This document shows, in pieces, positions 19,589 to 30,084 of a stretch of 64,000 bases of DNA. Source of the DNA: an uncultured Acidobacteriota bacterium (lineage in GTDB: Bacteria; Acidobacteriota; JAQAZP01); the NCBI GenBank assembly GCA_963836075.1, contig CAWIIB010000001.1, forward strand, positions 2,208,001 to 2,272,000, written 5' to 3'. The number at the start of each line of letters is the position of its first letter. Within the stretch, counting starts at the first letter, position 1. The position numbers were made by a program, and so were the translations under genes. The notes under the pieces were generated by a model. It searched no databases and was not told the DNA's origin. It worked only from the letters and a program-made list of their open reading frames with translations.

Positions 19589-21180
19589 TCACGGCGCGAT
19601 CCCCGTCACCGTGCAGGTGGCCGTATCGGTGTCGCCTGCCGGCGGATGTGGTGGTTGGTTGTAAGGATAGGGTGTGACGTCTAGCGCGATGAGATCAAAG
19701 TCGTTCTCACCAACGAGTGTCCCAAGCGCTGGCAGCTGTTGTGACCAGGACCGAATGTAGCTCTCATTCGGGTCTAGGTTTGTAAATCCTGCACGCCAAT
19801 ACGAGAAAAAATTACCGCCACCGAGCGTTACATCGACGTGAGCCGCAACACGACGGAACCAGTCCGCGCAATTGTTGGTCAGGGTAACCTGCATATTGGT
19901 TGAGAAGGGCAATGTGCCAGCCGAGGGCGTGCATTCGAGATTTGCCGATACAGCATCCAGGCAAGTAAGGTTGATGAGATATGCCGAGCCGGAGTTGCAG
20001 CTGGGGTTGCTTGGGCAAGCATCGTCATTTTCTCTAGCTCCGACTAAAGCGATTCCATCTGACAGAGATATATCACCTCCAAAGTTGTCCATTGCTTCGA
20101 CATCATACGATTGAATTATCGCCGTCTCGATCCAGTCGGCGCCATCGTAATGGAATATGTAGACCGCACCTGAGGATTCACCAAAATTGTCCACGCCAGG
20201 CGCCCCGATCAAAGCGAGATCCCCAGAGATTGCAACTGCACTTCCCAAATAGGCCCACTCCGCACCGTCGGAGGCGACGATTTTTTCTCGGGGCGACCAG
20301 TTCGATCCATTGTAACGGAACACATATGCTGCTCCGGAGTGGGTATCGTTCTCGTTATCCCGGGGGGCACCGACCAGGGCGATGTCATTCAAAAGTGAAA
20401 CGGAAGTGCCGAATTCAGCACCAGCGCCATAATCATCGCCCCGAAATTTGACATCCTGGGTCCAAGTGTCCCCGTTATATCGAAAGACATATGCGGCCCC
20501 TCCATTTTCGTTTGGAACATCTGCTCTGAAGGCGCCGATTAATGCGCAATCTCCGTCGAGGGATACGGCTCTACCGAAATAATCATCTGTCGCACTGTCC
20601 GATGCAGTAAGCTTCTGCTCTTCGATCCAAGTGAGATCCGTCATGGCGAAAGACATACACAGCCCCTCGGGTTCCATCTTGTCCAGGGGCACCGACAAAG
20701 GCTGTTTCGTCGGAGACAGCGACAGCAGATCCGAAACTAGCTTCAAGTTCTCCGTCTGATGCAGTTATTTTCTGTTCCTCGAGCCATTGATCTCCATCAA
20801 ACCGGAAGATATATGCAGAGCCCGATCGAGCCGTTGTCATCGTCGTAGGTGGCGCCCACCAAAATGAGGTCACCTGCTACCGACACAGATTGGCCGAATC
20901 GATCATCCAATGCACCATCTAATGCTGTTAACTTCTCTGCTTGCGACCATTCTGAGGCGCCATCGACAAAAACATACACAGCGCCCTGTGAGTATTCGCC
21001 CTCCCGGTAAGCCCCAATCACAGCATTACTGCCATCGATCGCGACGGAATCACCAAAGTAATCAGTATATTCAGCATCGGCAGCTGTGAGCTTTGCTTCT
21101 TGCCACCACGTGCCATATGTAACCGTGCTAGTGGCGATCAGAATGATCACAAAGGCAGCAAGCCATTTAGTCCGCATCAA
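19589..21180 (-). CDS. Secreted FG-GAP (integrin-like) propeller protein with the 120-aa C-terminal domain (copy 2); two apparent frameshifts (~20820, ~20640)
   Basis: ORFs 20797..21180, 20583..20873 and 19589..20746 carry consecutive KLTAxD..FGxSV..GAVYVF repeats; signal MMRTKWLAAFVIILIATSTVTYG; C-terminal domain at 19589..19951. Confidence 0.82.
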
Positions 21181-21205
21181 TTAATCTCCCATCACTCTGT
21201 TGCTA

Positions 21206-24200
21206 TCACGGCGCGATCCCCGTCACCGTGCAGGATGCTATGGCCGTATCGCCAGCCGGCGGATAAGGCGGCTGGTTGTAAGGAGCAGGTGTTACATCCT
21301 GCGTGAAAAGGACGAAGTGATTCTCGCCGATCAGCGAGCCGAGAGCAGGGATGCTCTGGTTCCATCCGCTGACGAAGCTTACACCTGGAGAAACGTTTGT
21401 ATACCCGGCGCGCCAGTTGGGGAAATAGCCCCCCCCAGCCAAGCTAACATCGATGTGGCCACCTAACCGGCGAATCTGGTCAGTGTAAACGTTCGTCAGC
21501 GTCACGTTCATGGAGGAAACGAACGGCACAGTTCCCATCGACGGCATGCATGTCATGCTCGCCTCGATCGTCGGTGGGCCAGAGTTCCTGAACACGTCGC
21601 CGCTGTAGCCCGTGGCGCAGTATAGATATCCATCCCCACCGGACAGCAGGCAGTAGCTCTGTGAAGCACCATGCATATCGGATGTCTGTGTCCAGGAGTC
21701 CCCGTCGGCTTCGGAGCGGAACACGTGGCCCATGTCGTCTGTTGCGGCGTAGAGCAGTCCATCTGAATGCCAGGCAAAATCAATGATGTACTGGACATCC
21801 TCCAGGCAGTCGAGCAGTTCCCAGGAAGCACCCTGGTCGGCTGTTCGATAGATACACCCGTCGATCGACGTACCGACGAGGATTTCGCCAGTATCGCCCT
21901 CGATGAGAGCAAAGACATCTTCCGCTGAGGGTAAATCCGCTGTGTCTACCCAGGTGTATCCCCCGTCATCCGAGCGGAAGACATCTCCATTGGGGCTGGT
22001 GCCGGCGTAGAGCGTCCCGTCCGAAGCTTCGAGCAGCACGTTCAACGACTCTGCACCGCCCAGGTCTCCCATATTCGTCCAGGAGGAGCCGCCGTCATCG
22101 CTCCGGTAGACGTCACCGTCTGGCCCGCTGCCAGCCAGCAGTCCTCCTCCGGAGAGTTCGAGAAGGCAGAAAACCGACTCCACGTCGACCCCAAGATCCG
22201 CAGTGGGTATCCAGTTGTTGCCGAGATCAACTGTGTAGAACACATGGCCGTCCGCACTGCCGACCTCGCCCTTGGTGGCGGCATAAATCCGGCCGTCCGA
22301 GGCAGGGAGGAGATCGTAGACGTGGACGGCGTCGGCCAGTTCGGCAGTATTCGTCCAGCTATCACCGTAATCAGGGCTGAAATACACATTGCCTGTCGGG
22401 TTGGTGCCGGCAAACAGGCCCACCCCCGGCACCTCGCAGAGAGAATAGACCCTCACCGCCCCGGATAGACTGCCGGTTTTCTCCCAGGTCCAGTTCTGAG
22501 GGCTCCACGTGGGAATCCCGGAATGATAACCCATGTCCACTTGGCCGGCATCCGATACTTGGTCCGTACGAGTGGTTAGTTGGTCAAGACAAAAGATCCC
22601 ATCCAGCGATTCGACGCAGATATTCTCAGCGAGGTCACTACCGGCATTCAGGCACGGGCTGTCAGTCCCTTGACCTGAAGCGATTTGACTGAGGTAGTAA
22701 TCACCTGCGGGTCCTGAAACGAAGAGCGGATCGGCATCGATGTTTCCTGTGCCGGGCCACCCCCCCTGCACGTTCGAATAACTGACGTTCACAACTCCAG
22801 CTAACTGATTTGGCGTATTGTTCCAAAATATACAGTTTTCAGCTGAGATGTCAGATGGATAATCTCGCCATTCAAACAAACCCCCACCATCATCATCTGC
22901 ATGGTTGTTCACAATACTACAGTTACTAATTACAGGTTGCGAATGATGGAAAAAAAGACCCCCTCCCCGGCCAGCAGTGGGACTCCCAGTTGCCGTATTA
23001 TTTGCGACAACACAGTTGAAGATTGTAGGAGAAGCAGCATGAAAATATATCCCTCCGCCCTGCCCGCTTGTGTTCCCAATGAAGAGGCAGTTGGCGATCA
23101 CTGTATCAATGAAATCGTCTTCTCCATCTGCTTGAAAACCGCCGCCCTGCCCGCCAGAGTTGTTCGTAAAAATACAACTTGTGACTGTGGGCGATGAGTT
23201 GTTTGCGTATATGCCAGCCCCTGAATTGGTCTCGAATATGCAGCCGTTGATAATTGGGGAGGACGCTTCGCAATAAATTCCTCCTCCATATATCGCTGAA
23301 TTCAGACTGACTGTGCAGTTGAGAATATCCGGAGTAGAAGTATCCCAACATGCTACGCCACCGCCTCTGGAAGTGCTGGGGATGTTTGATAAGGAGCTGT
23401 TTGACACGATGATACAATCGTCTAACGTCGGAGTCGATTGACTTTTAAAAGCGATTCCACCAGCATACTCTTCTGCGGTATTGCTTTCTATCGTGCAGCC
23501 TGTGACCGATCCTGACGAGAGGGCGAAACAGAGTCCGCCACCATCCCTAGCCGAGTTGCCGACAACTTGACAGTCAGTGATCTCCGGTGACGAAGACAAG
23601 CAATAAACTCCTCCTCCATCGTCATCTGCATCATTGGCGGTTACTATACAACCAACGATCGAGGGTGACGCCGTATCGATATAGATTCCCCCGCCATTTG
23701 TAGCGTAGCCGTTGGACACTGTGAAGCCTTGAAATATCGAATCTGCCCCCTCACCAATATGGAAAAACAGCCCTCGCCCAAGGGCCTCACAGTCGATAAT
23801 GCAGTTTTCGGCTCCATTCTCAGACCTTACCGTGATCGCCTTTCCTCCGAAATCCAGATCACGGTTGCCATCACCTGTATATGTTCCGTCCGCAACAAGA
23901 ACCGTGTCCCCATCAATCGCTGCATCGATCCCCGCCTGGATTGTTGGTTGATCCCCGGGAACGTGGATGATGTTTGAGGAAACGGAGTAGTGATATCCCA
24001 TGTCTGCTTGACCGGCATCTGACACCTCGTCGGTGCGCGTTGTCAGTTGGTCGAGGCAAATGGATCCATCCGCCGCGTCGAAACAGATGTTGGCTGCGAG
24101 ATCATTTCCGGAATCGAGGCCAGGGCTGTCCGACCCTTGTCCTGATGCCGACTGGCTGAGATAGAAGTCTCCATCAGGGCCTGTGACGAAGAGCGGATCG

Positions 24201-25251
24201 GCATCGATCATACCGGCGCCGCAGTTAAGTGTGCTACCGGGTATCGACAAGGGTAGCCGGCCTGTCCGTCCTGGACTAACGAGTGGATCAATATTGACTG
24301 TTGAACCAAAGGTGGCGTAGCTTACGTAAATTTGATATCCGGATGGCCCAACGTTCCCCCAGAAGATGCAGTTTGAAATAGTTGGCACAGCGCTGCCACC
24401 GTCAGAAAACCGCATTCCTCCGCCTGGTCCAGTAGCAACCGTATTGTTGACGACAGTATTGTTCAGGAAGGTGCCACCGACCCGATCGCTCAGTTGAATT
24501 CCACCACCATAGTTATTGAGAATAAGGTTGTTGGCCACGTAGGGATTGAAGTGACCTCCCAAACCGAGACCACAGGCCCCACCGTTCGACGAGGTGTTTC
24601 CGATAATGACATTGTCGGTAACGGTGGCAGATGTGTAGTGAACTATGCTGAGACTCCACCCGGGTCGTTGTTGCTGATAATATTTCCAGTGAGTAGCACA
24701 GTGCTGTAATTGTAAATAGCTACGCCACCGGACGACTTCCCCCCATCAGCAGTATTGCCGGTAATGATGTTGTTTCTGATGACAATGGAGGAACCTCTGC
24801 AGTATATCCCTCCACCGGCCAACCTATTCCAAAAGTCATCCCACGTTCCAGAACCGTTGGTTGTTGTGAATCCGTCGATAACCACATCAGTCTTGTCACG
24901 GCACCAAACACAGCTGCCGGACTGTGTACCATTTAAGATTGTGAGTTCAGGACCTTCTTCACTCTGGAGCGTAATCCCGTCACCGGTGATCTCCACATTC
25001 TCGAAGTAGGTTCCGGGGGCAACCATCACAGTATCACCGTTCGAGGCGGCATCGACCCCTTCCTGAATCGCATCAAACGGATGATCGGTTGATCCATCCT
25101 CAAGCGGGTCGCTCACCGACGGATCACCGGGACCGGGATCGTTAGGGGCGTCATCATCCACATACCATGTGGTCTGAGCGTATGACGGCATCGCGAGTGC
25201 AAGGCAAACGACTGACAGGGCGAGTGCGAGCAAGAGGCTTCTGCAGTTCAT
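21206..25251 (-). CDS. Large secreted protein: two beta-helix modules + Asp-box/BNR propeller + 120-aa C-terminal domain (copy 3); apparent frameshift near 24650
   Basis: 24643..25251 has a signal peptide, WYVDDD and PFDAIQEGVDAA; the repeats continue in the other frame (SIVHYTSATVTDNVIIGN) into 21206..24562; SxDGGxxW repeats; C-terminal domain at 21206..21568. Confidence 0.85.
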
Positions 25252-25499
25252 TGAGTTCCCCTAATATGGACCATGGATTCACCATGGCGGGCGAAAAAGG
25301 TCAGTGAATGACCAACAGCATTGTCACTCAATATAGGCTCTTTATCTGAATCGATCAAGGCGATGTGCCCTCCCATGGCCAATTAGATAATGATTGTCGG
25401 ATAGGAAATGTAATTGTAAAGTGACACAAAATTGCTAGGGGTGACTCCCCCGTCCCCAGCGTTCGGCTAAGGGGGGGGGATGGCCCCCTTCGATCCCGA

Positions 25500-25820
25500 G
25501 CGGCCGCCTGGTCAGCGAGGTCAGGGCGAGTAGCGGCGGTTAGCCGAGACGCATCCGGCAGGCCAGGAGCAAGTGAGCAGGCCCCACCCTCGGCCGGCGC
25601 CGATCGCAACCCCACCCACCCACGGTTTGCGGGGCGCTCACCATCAGGTGCAAGCCAAATGCAGGCCCAGGTCCCAGGCGCAGGTGGTCTGGCGCCGCAG
25701 GCGCTAGCATAGTGCCCGTAGGCCACACGCTGGCCTAGGCGCTCATTGTCCAGGGCGGGCAGGTCCGCGTGCACACAGGCTGACAGGGGCGAGTGAGCGG
25801 CGGCCTGCGGCCGCATCATC
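25500..25820 (-). mobile_element. Highly degenerate IS91-like (Y2) transposase remnant
   Basis: Minus-strand fragments HADLPALDNERL.. and, in another frame, PRKPWVGG resemble IS91/IS801 C-terminal motifs; high-GC patch within lower-GC DNA. Confidence 0.35.
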
Positions 25821-26042
25821 CCTGGCCCCAGGCGGCGATGTCGTCGCTATCTTGGATGGTTCATGTTTGTGGAGATACCGACCTGAAACGCGCTGCATGC
25901 TGGGCAGGATTCAGCATTATTATGTGTATGATAATTCAGATTCCTCTTATCAATCCTAGCATTGATTTCCGCGTTGTTCTAACACATCCCCGCCGCCACG
26001 TTCGTCCCCCAAGTCATTGCAAACTGGAAAAGCGCTTTGTTG

Positions 26043-26390
26043 TCAGTCGATGTATTTGATTACATCGGCCTCGATAAATGTGACAAAACGGGTAACGACT
26101 ACATAGAACTCGTCTCGCTCAACGTATCGAATATTGATGCAGGCGTCTCCACCCTTTTCCGCCGCCATCCTGTCCAGTTCCTTTTGGATGTCCTGGTGCA
26201 GATCGGCTTGCTTTTTCAAGCCGATCAAGCCGAACAGATGGAAAACTTCTACCTTGCCTTCTGTATGGCCGACCACTTCGAACGGCTTTTCATAGCTCGA
26301 ATCAGCTATTGATAAGTGTGTATAGGCACAACCGAACATCATTGTCGCCAAACACATCAGACCTGCGAGCAGCATAATGACCCTTTTCAT
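26043..26390 (-). CDS. Small lipoprotein of unknown function
   Basis: MKRVIMLLAGLMCLATMMFG-C lipobox-like signal with a GGAG RBS; GGDACINIRY...FIEADVIKY. Confidence 0.75.
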   Translation of the reverse strand: MKRVIMLLAGLMCLATMMFGCAYTHLSIADSSYEKPFEVVGHTEGKVEVFHLFGLIGLKKQADLHQDIQKELDRMAAEKGGDACINIRYVERDEFYVVVTRFVTFIEADVIKYID

Positions 26391-26743
26391 TGGGACTCCT
26401 TTCGATATGGTTGTCCTATCCAAACAGATGATGCTTGAATTCTCGGTTTCCTTTTAAGCCTGTCAAGGGGAGAGCCCCGAATATCGGGCCATGTTTGCCG
26501 CTGACCGTTTATCGCTCTGCCTTCAGTGGTTAGACTCATTGAGTTCGCCTTCGAAGATGGCGTCGGCCGCATGCTGACCGGTCCACGGCCAACCCGGTCA
26601 ATTGGCAAGCAAGCCTCATGCCGTCTGCCCCTTCCACAGCAAACTGAGGGAATTCAGCCGTTCGGCAGGGCGATTTTCCCGAACTCCGGCCAGACGTCCT
26701 CTGAAATGGACAGACATTTTTCACACCGCCGGTGAACTGGTGT

Positions 26744-27582
26744 TGTGGCTCATGAAAAATCCATCCGACGCGCTGAAGGTGCCAAACGAATAAACGGAAA
26801 GATCGTTCGGAGTGAGGAATTGAAGCATCATCGATGGGGGAGATCAGCGAGACCGTCGAATCGCCACCTCACGAAGTTTACCTGACCAAAGATCGCGACC
26901 CGGGACACAACGACCCTGCAGTTCTATCTGATGCGGAAGGCTTGGATCTCCACGGCCAGATCAGGCGGCCCGACGGGTGTAGCGATGGTGGAGTCCACCG
27001 ACCTGCGGGAGTGCGATTACCTTACCCATCTTCGGCGGCTTTACAGCTCTTGGTTCCGGACAATCCTTATCGAGCGACAGGTGCGTTCGAGACTGTTGGT
27101 AATACAGGAAATACTCTTTCAGGATTCGCCGGAGATCCTGTTCGTTGATGACGATGACAGCACCCCAGGTCGGATTTTCTCCGGACATTCTTCTGATCAG
27201 ATCCCTGATCTCACGTGCAACTCGAGGCCGGCCTCGGTTCTGCCGGCGACTCTTCAGTTGCCAGAAGAGCTTGAAGCCCATTCGATGCCAGGAAATAAAG
27301 GTTCCAGGCTTGACGACAACGAGCACCTGGTTCCAGTCTCGCCATATCCTGGAAAGGAATACCCAGAACAGTCGATCGGTTTTGGTCAATCGAGGGCTTT
27401 TCATCGTTCGACTGAGGATGGCAAGCTGTTGCCTGAGTGCCAGGTTCTCCAGGGCCAAAGTTCGTTAAGTTCTCAGTGCTGAAAAGATGGTTGTGAGGAG
27501 TTTGTACATCATCCAGGCATGACACGCTCACGAAGCGCTAAGCTCAATGATCTCAAGTATTACGTGTTTTACAGGTGGGACA
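26744..27582 (-). mobile_element. Internally deleted, non-autonomous integrase-core (rve/DDE) IS-like element with TGT...ACA ends
   Basis: Imperfect inverted ends TGTGGCTCATGAAAAATCC (26744, +) and TGTCCCACCTGTAAAACAC (27582, -) enclose ORF 26961..27458. Confidence 0.75.
26961..27458 (-). pseudogene. Integrase-core-domain transposase lacking its catalytic centre
   Basis: N-terminal LENLALRQQL..WHRxGF..GRP..ENPTWGA is fused in frame directly to C-terminal VIVINEQDLRRILKEY...GGLHHRYTRRAA. Confidence 0.85.
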
Positions 27583-27598
27583 CCCTGACAGCCACTCC

Positions 27599-27628
27599 TT
27601 GACTGTTCACCGGTACGCGAACTATACT
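27599..27628 (+). promoter_or_regulatory. Candidate sigma70 promoter for the 27645 gene
   Basis: TTGACT-N18-TATACT, 16 nt upstream of the ATG. Confidence 0.55.
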
Positions 27629-27644
27629 TTATCTTATTGGGAGA

Positions 27645-29780
27645 ATGAACGTGGCAAGAATCTTCTCAATCATCTTCATCCTGTTTACGATCTTCTTGCC
27701 GACAGCCGATCACGCCTTATGCCAATTCACGCCCACTTGTGAGGTTGTTGAGATACAGGAGATCGTGCCTGACTTTTCATGGGGCTATCTTCGCGGTGTG
27801 AAGCAACCGTTGGGAAGTTACTTCGACGGCTGGAGCATTCATCAGACAATTAAGCCTGATCTCCCCCCCCAGTCTGGGCCATATGAATTTTACCATGTTC
27901 CAGATGACCCACTTGAACCGGATGGTCCTACCCATACCTTTGGAGGAACCCTCCTCGGGATGCCCGATAATATTGCATGGGCTCACGAAAAAACTACTGG
28001 TTCCCTTGAATCCGGTATCCGAGAATTTCCGGGCGCCGGCATAAGCCATTGGATGGCTAGACCTTCAGGTGTTGCGACATTCAGTCCAGGTGGAACGATC
28101 TGGTATACCTATGGCATGAAAAATGTGGAACATATTGCCGACTGTTGGATTCCTCCGTTGGATCCCACCCCCATGCCGTTCGATAAGTGGGATTTATATA
28201 AAGGTTCGTTAGTGGAAAATTCCTCTTCGTTCGCAATTGACGAAATTCCATTCCTCACTGATTTCGTACCATATGAAAATAACGGAATTGAATATGATGA
28301 CATGTCACCATCAGGAGGATGCCTGCATGCCACTTTAGATGACCATTTACTCTTTTTCTGGCGAAATGGAAACAGTCGTTCAACAGATACGACCATCAGG
28401 TTCAGATCATACAGTGCAACCACTCCGGGTTACTCGTCGGATTATCTGGATCTGGGAAAAGGGTCTGTAGCGCCAACGGCAACGGAACAGCCGAACCCCA
28501 GCCATTATTCAAGTACCACATCTCCTCGAGACGTAGATATCACGATTGAACAATTGTGGACCAAGTATGATCCCCGATGGGATTTGACTTTTGCCACCTG
28601 GCAGTATTTCATCAAATGGAAGACTGACTACCCAAATATGACACCGACCATCAATAGCTTTGGATCCTGTCCCTTTGTTTACAGCGAAGATGATGGTGTC
28701 AGTTGGAAATTTGCAGACGGAACAGTTGCAAACGGGGAATTCCCCCTGACCTACCCCCTCCATGATTATCCTCATCCTGACGCTCCAACGTATCGTGATG
28801 TGATCATCCCGGATGACCATTTGGAGGGAGCTGACTGCTTTACTGCTTACACTGTTCCACCCAGGCACATCAATATGGCTCTCAATGACCTTGGTGTGGC
28901 GCCGGGCGATCCCATGAATGGTGATGATCCCATTTTCTGGATGGTTATGCCTGAGGGATCAACTCCAACGGGATTGGCCATTGAGAGCGGGATAAACTTC
29001 TGGTCTTATGATTCTGGAAATCCAACTGCCACGTCATGGGCCTGCACACCCCTGACCACTGATGATGGATTCACCGGAATGACCAATTCGAAGGGCTTTG
29101 CCTGTGGAGTGACAAAAGATTACCTGATCTTTGTTTATGCTGCCAAGTATGGATCGGACGATCAAAGAAACATCTTGAAAGCAAAGGTTGGGTGGGTTAC
29201 TGATTCAGGTGAAATACTCTGGAGCGATCCTGAAAATATTGTTACACTCAGTGAAGATGACGATACGATTAACTGGGTGTCATTTGTCCAGCCTGCTGCA
29301 GGCTATGACGACAACTTCGCAAGGTTCTTCTTTTCCTACTCCGATGAGCCCGGTTCTAACCCCGAGCAGTATCGCAACAAGATTGGCTGGGTGAAAGTGA
29401 AGGTTCGGGGTACGCTGAGTGCTGAACTGAATTGCACGCCTTCCGCCGGCACGTTACCATTTTCCCCCCTCATGCAGTTCGAGGTTCGGAATCACTATCT
29501 GTCTTATCGTAAGTCGTTCATCAGATTAGCTTTGACTCTCGCCACCGGCACTCATTATGGAAACTGGAGGCATGGAAATACAACCCTCGATACGGAAGAA
29601 GTTTTCCATTATCAGTTCAGGCCGGTATTTCCTGATTTTCCAACCTTATATGGTGATAACCATTTCAATTTAATCGTTGAGGACCTCACGCCGCCTCCAT
29701 ACAATGTGCCGCCATTCTGGCCCGAAGGTGACACTGACACAGATCTCTGCACGGTAACCGGCATTGCCCCATTACCATAG
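27645..29780 (+). CDS. Secreted Asp-box-containing protein with a divergent 120-aa C-terminal domain (copy 4)
   Basis: Signal MNVARIFSIIFILFTIFLPTA; YSEDDGVSWK; AT-richer codon use; domain at 29415..29780 (WRHGNT, EDLTPPPYNVPPFWPEGDT, CTVTGIAP). Confidence 0.85.
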   Translation: MNVARIFSIIFILFTIFLPTADHALCQFTPTCEVVEIQEIVPDFSWGYLRGVKQPLGSYFDGWSIHQTIKPDLPPQSGPYEFYHVPDDPLEPDGPTHTFGGTLLGMPDNIAWAHEKTTGSLESGIREFPGAGISHWMARPSGVATFSPGGTIWYTYGMKNVEHIADCWIPPLDPTPMPFDKWDLYKGSLVENSSSFAIDEIPFLTDFVPYENNGIEYDDMSPSGGCLHATLDDHLLFFWRNGNSRSTDTTIRFRSYSATTPGYSSDYLDLGKGSVAPTATEQPNPSHYSSTTSPRDVDITIEQLWTKYDPRWDLTFATWQYFIKWKTDYPNMTPTINSFGSCPFVYSEDDGVSWKFADGTVANGEFPLTYPLHDYPHPDAPTYRDVIIPDDHLEGADCFTAYTVPPRHINMALNDLGVAPGDPMNGDDPIFWMVMPEGSTPTGLAIESGINFWSYDSGNPTATSWACTPLTTDDGFTGMTNSKGFACGVTKDYLIFVYAAKYGSDDQRNILKAKVGWVTDSGEILWSDPENIVTLSEDDDTINWVSFVQPAAGYDDNFARFFFSYSDEPGSNPEQYRNKIGWVKVKVRGTLSAELNCTPSAGTLPFSPLMQFEVRNHYLSYRKSFIRLALTLATGTHYGNWRHGNTTLDTEEVFHYQFRPVFPDFPTLYGDNHFNLIVEDLTPPPYNVPPFWPEGDTDTDLCTVTGIAPLP

Positions 29781-29792
29781 ATTTCCCCTCCC

Positions 29793-29829
29793 TGTGGCTC
29801 CTCAAAATTCCATCCGACGTGCTGAGGGT
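29793..29829 (+). repeat. Isolated second copy of the IS-like element end (direct repeat of 26744..26780)
   Basis: TGTGGCTCCTCAAAATTCCATCCGACGTGCTGAGGGT vs TGTGGCTCATGAAAAATCCATCCGACGCGCTGAAGGT, 32/37 identical by manual alignment. Confidence 0.8.
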
Positions 29830-29936
29830 CGACCTGATGGCAATGGTTGTGATTCGGAGGGAGGTATACCGGTCCATCGAGTTTGTACGGCCAAATGGAT
29901 ATCATGAACAGTTGCATAAGGCCTTAGCCAGCATTC

Positions 29937-29965
29937 TTGACAACCCGCCGGAATGTTCTTACATT
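29937..29965 (+). promoter_or_regulatory. Candidate sigma70 promoter for the 30085 gene
   Basis: TTGACA-N17-TACATT. Confidence 0.55.
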
Positions 29966-30084
29966 TGTATGCAGTTGCGATCGCTCTGATCATCCGGTTC
30001 GGGAATGCTGTTTGTCCACCGTCATTCCCATTCGAATCACAAAGAAATGAAAACGTTCCCATTGTGAACAGGAGGTCATCGCCC

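Noticed and set aside
25355-25819. 154-aa ORF as a real gene, or a structured RNA
   Set aside because: Low-complexity translation with transposase-like scraps in different frames; no recognisable RNA motif.
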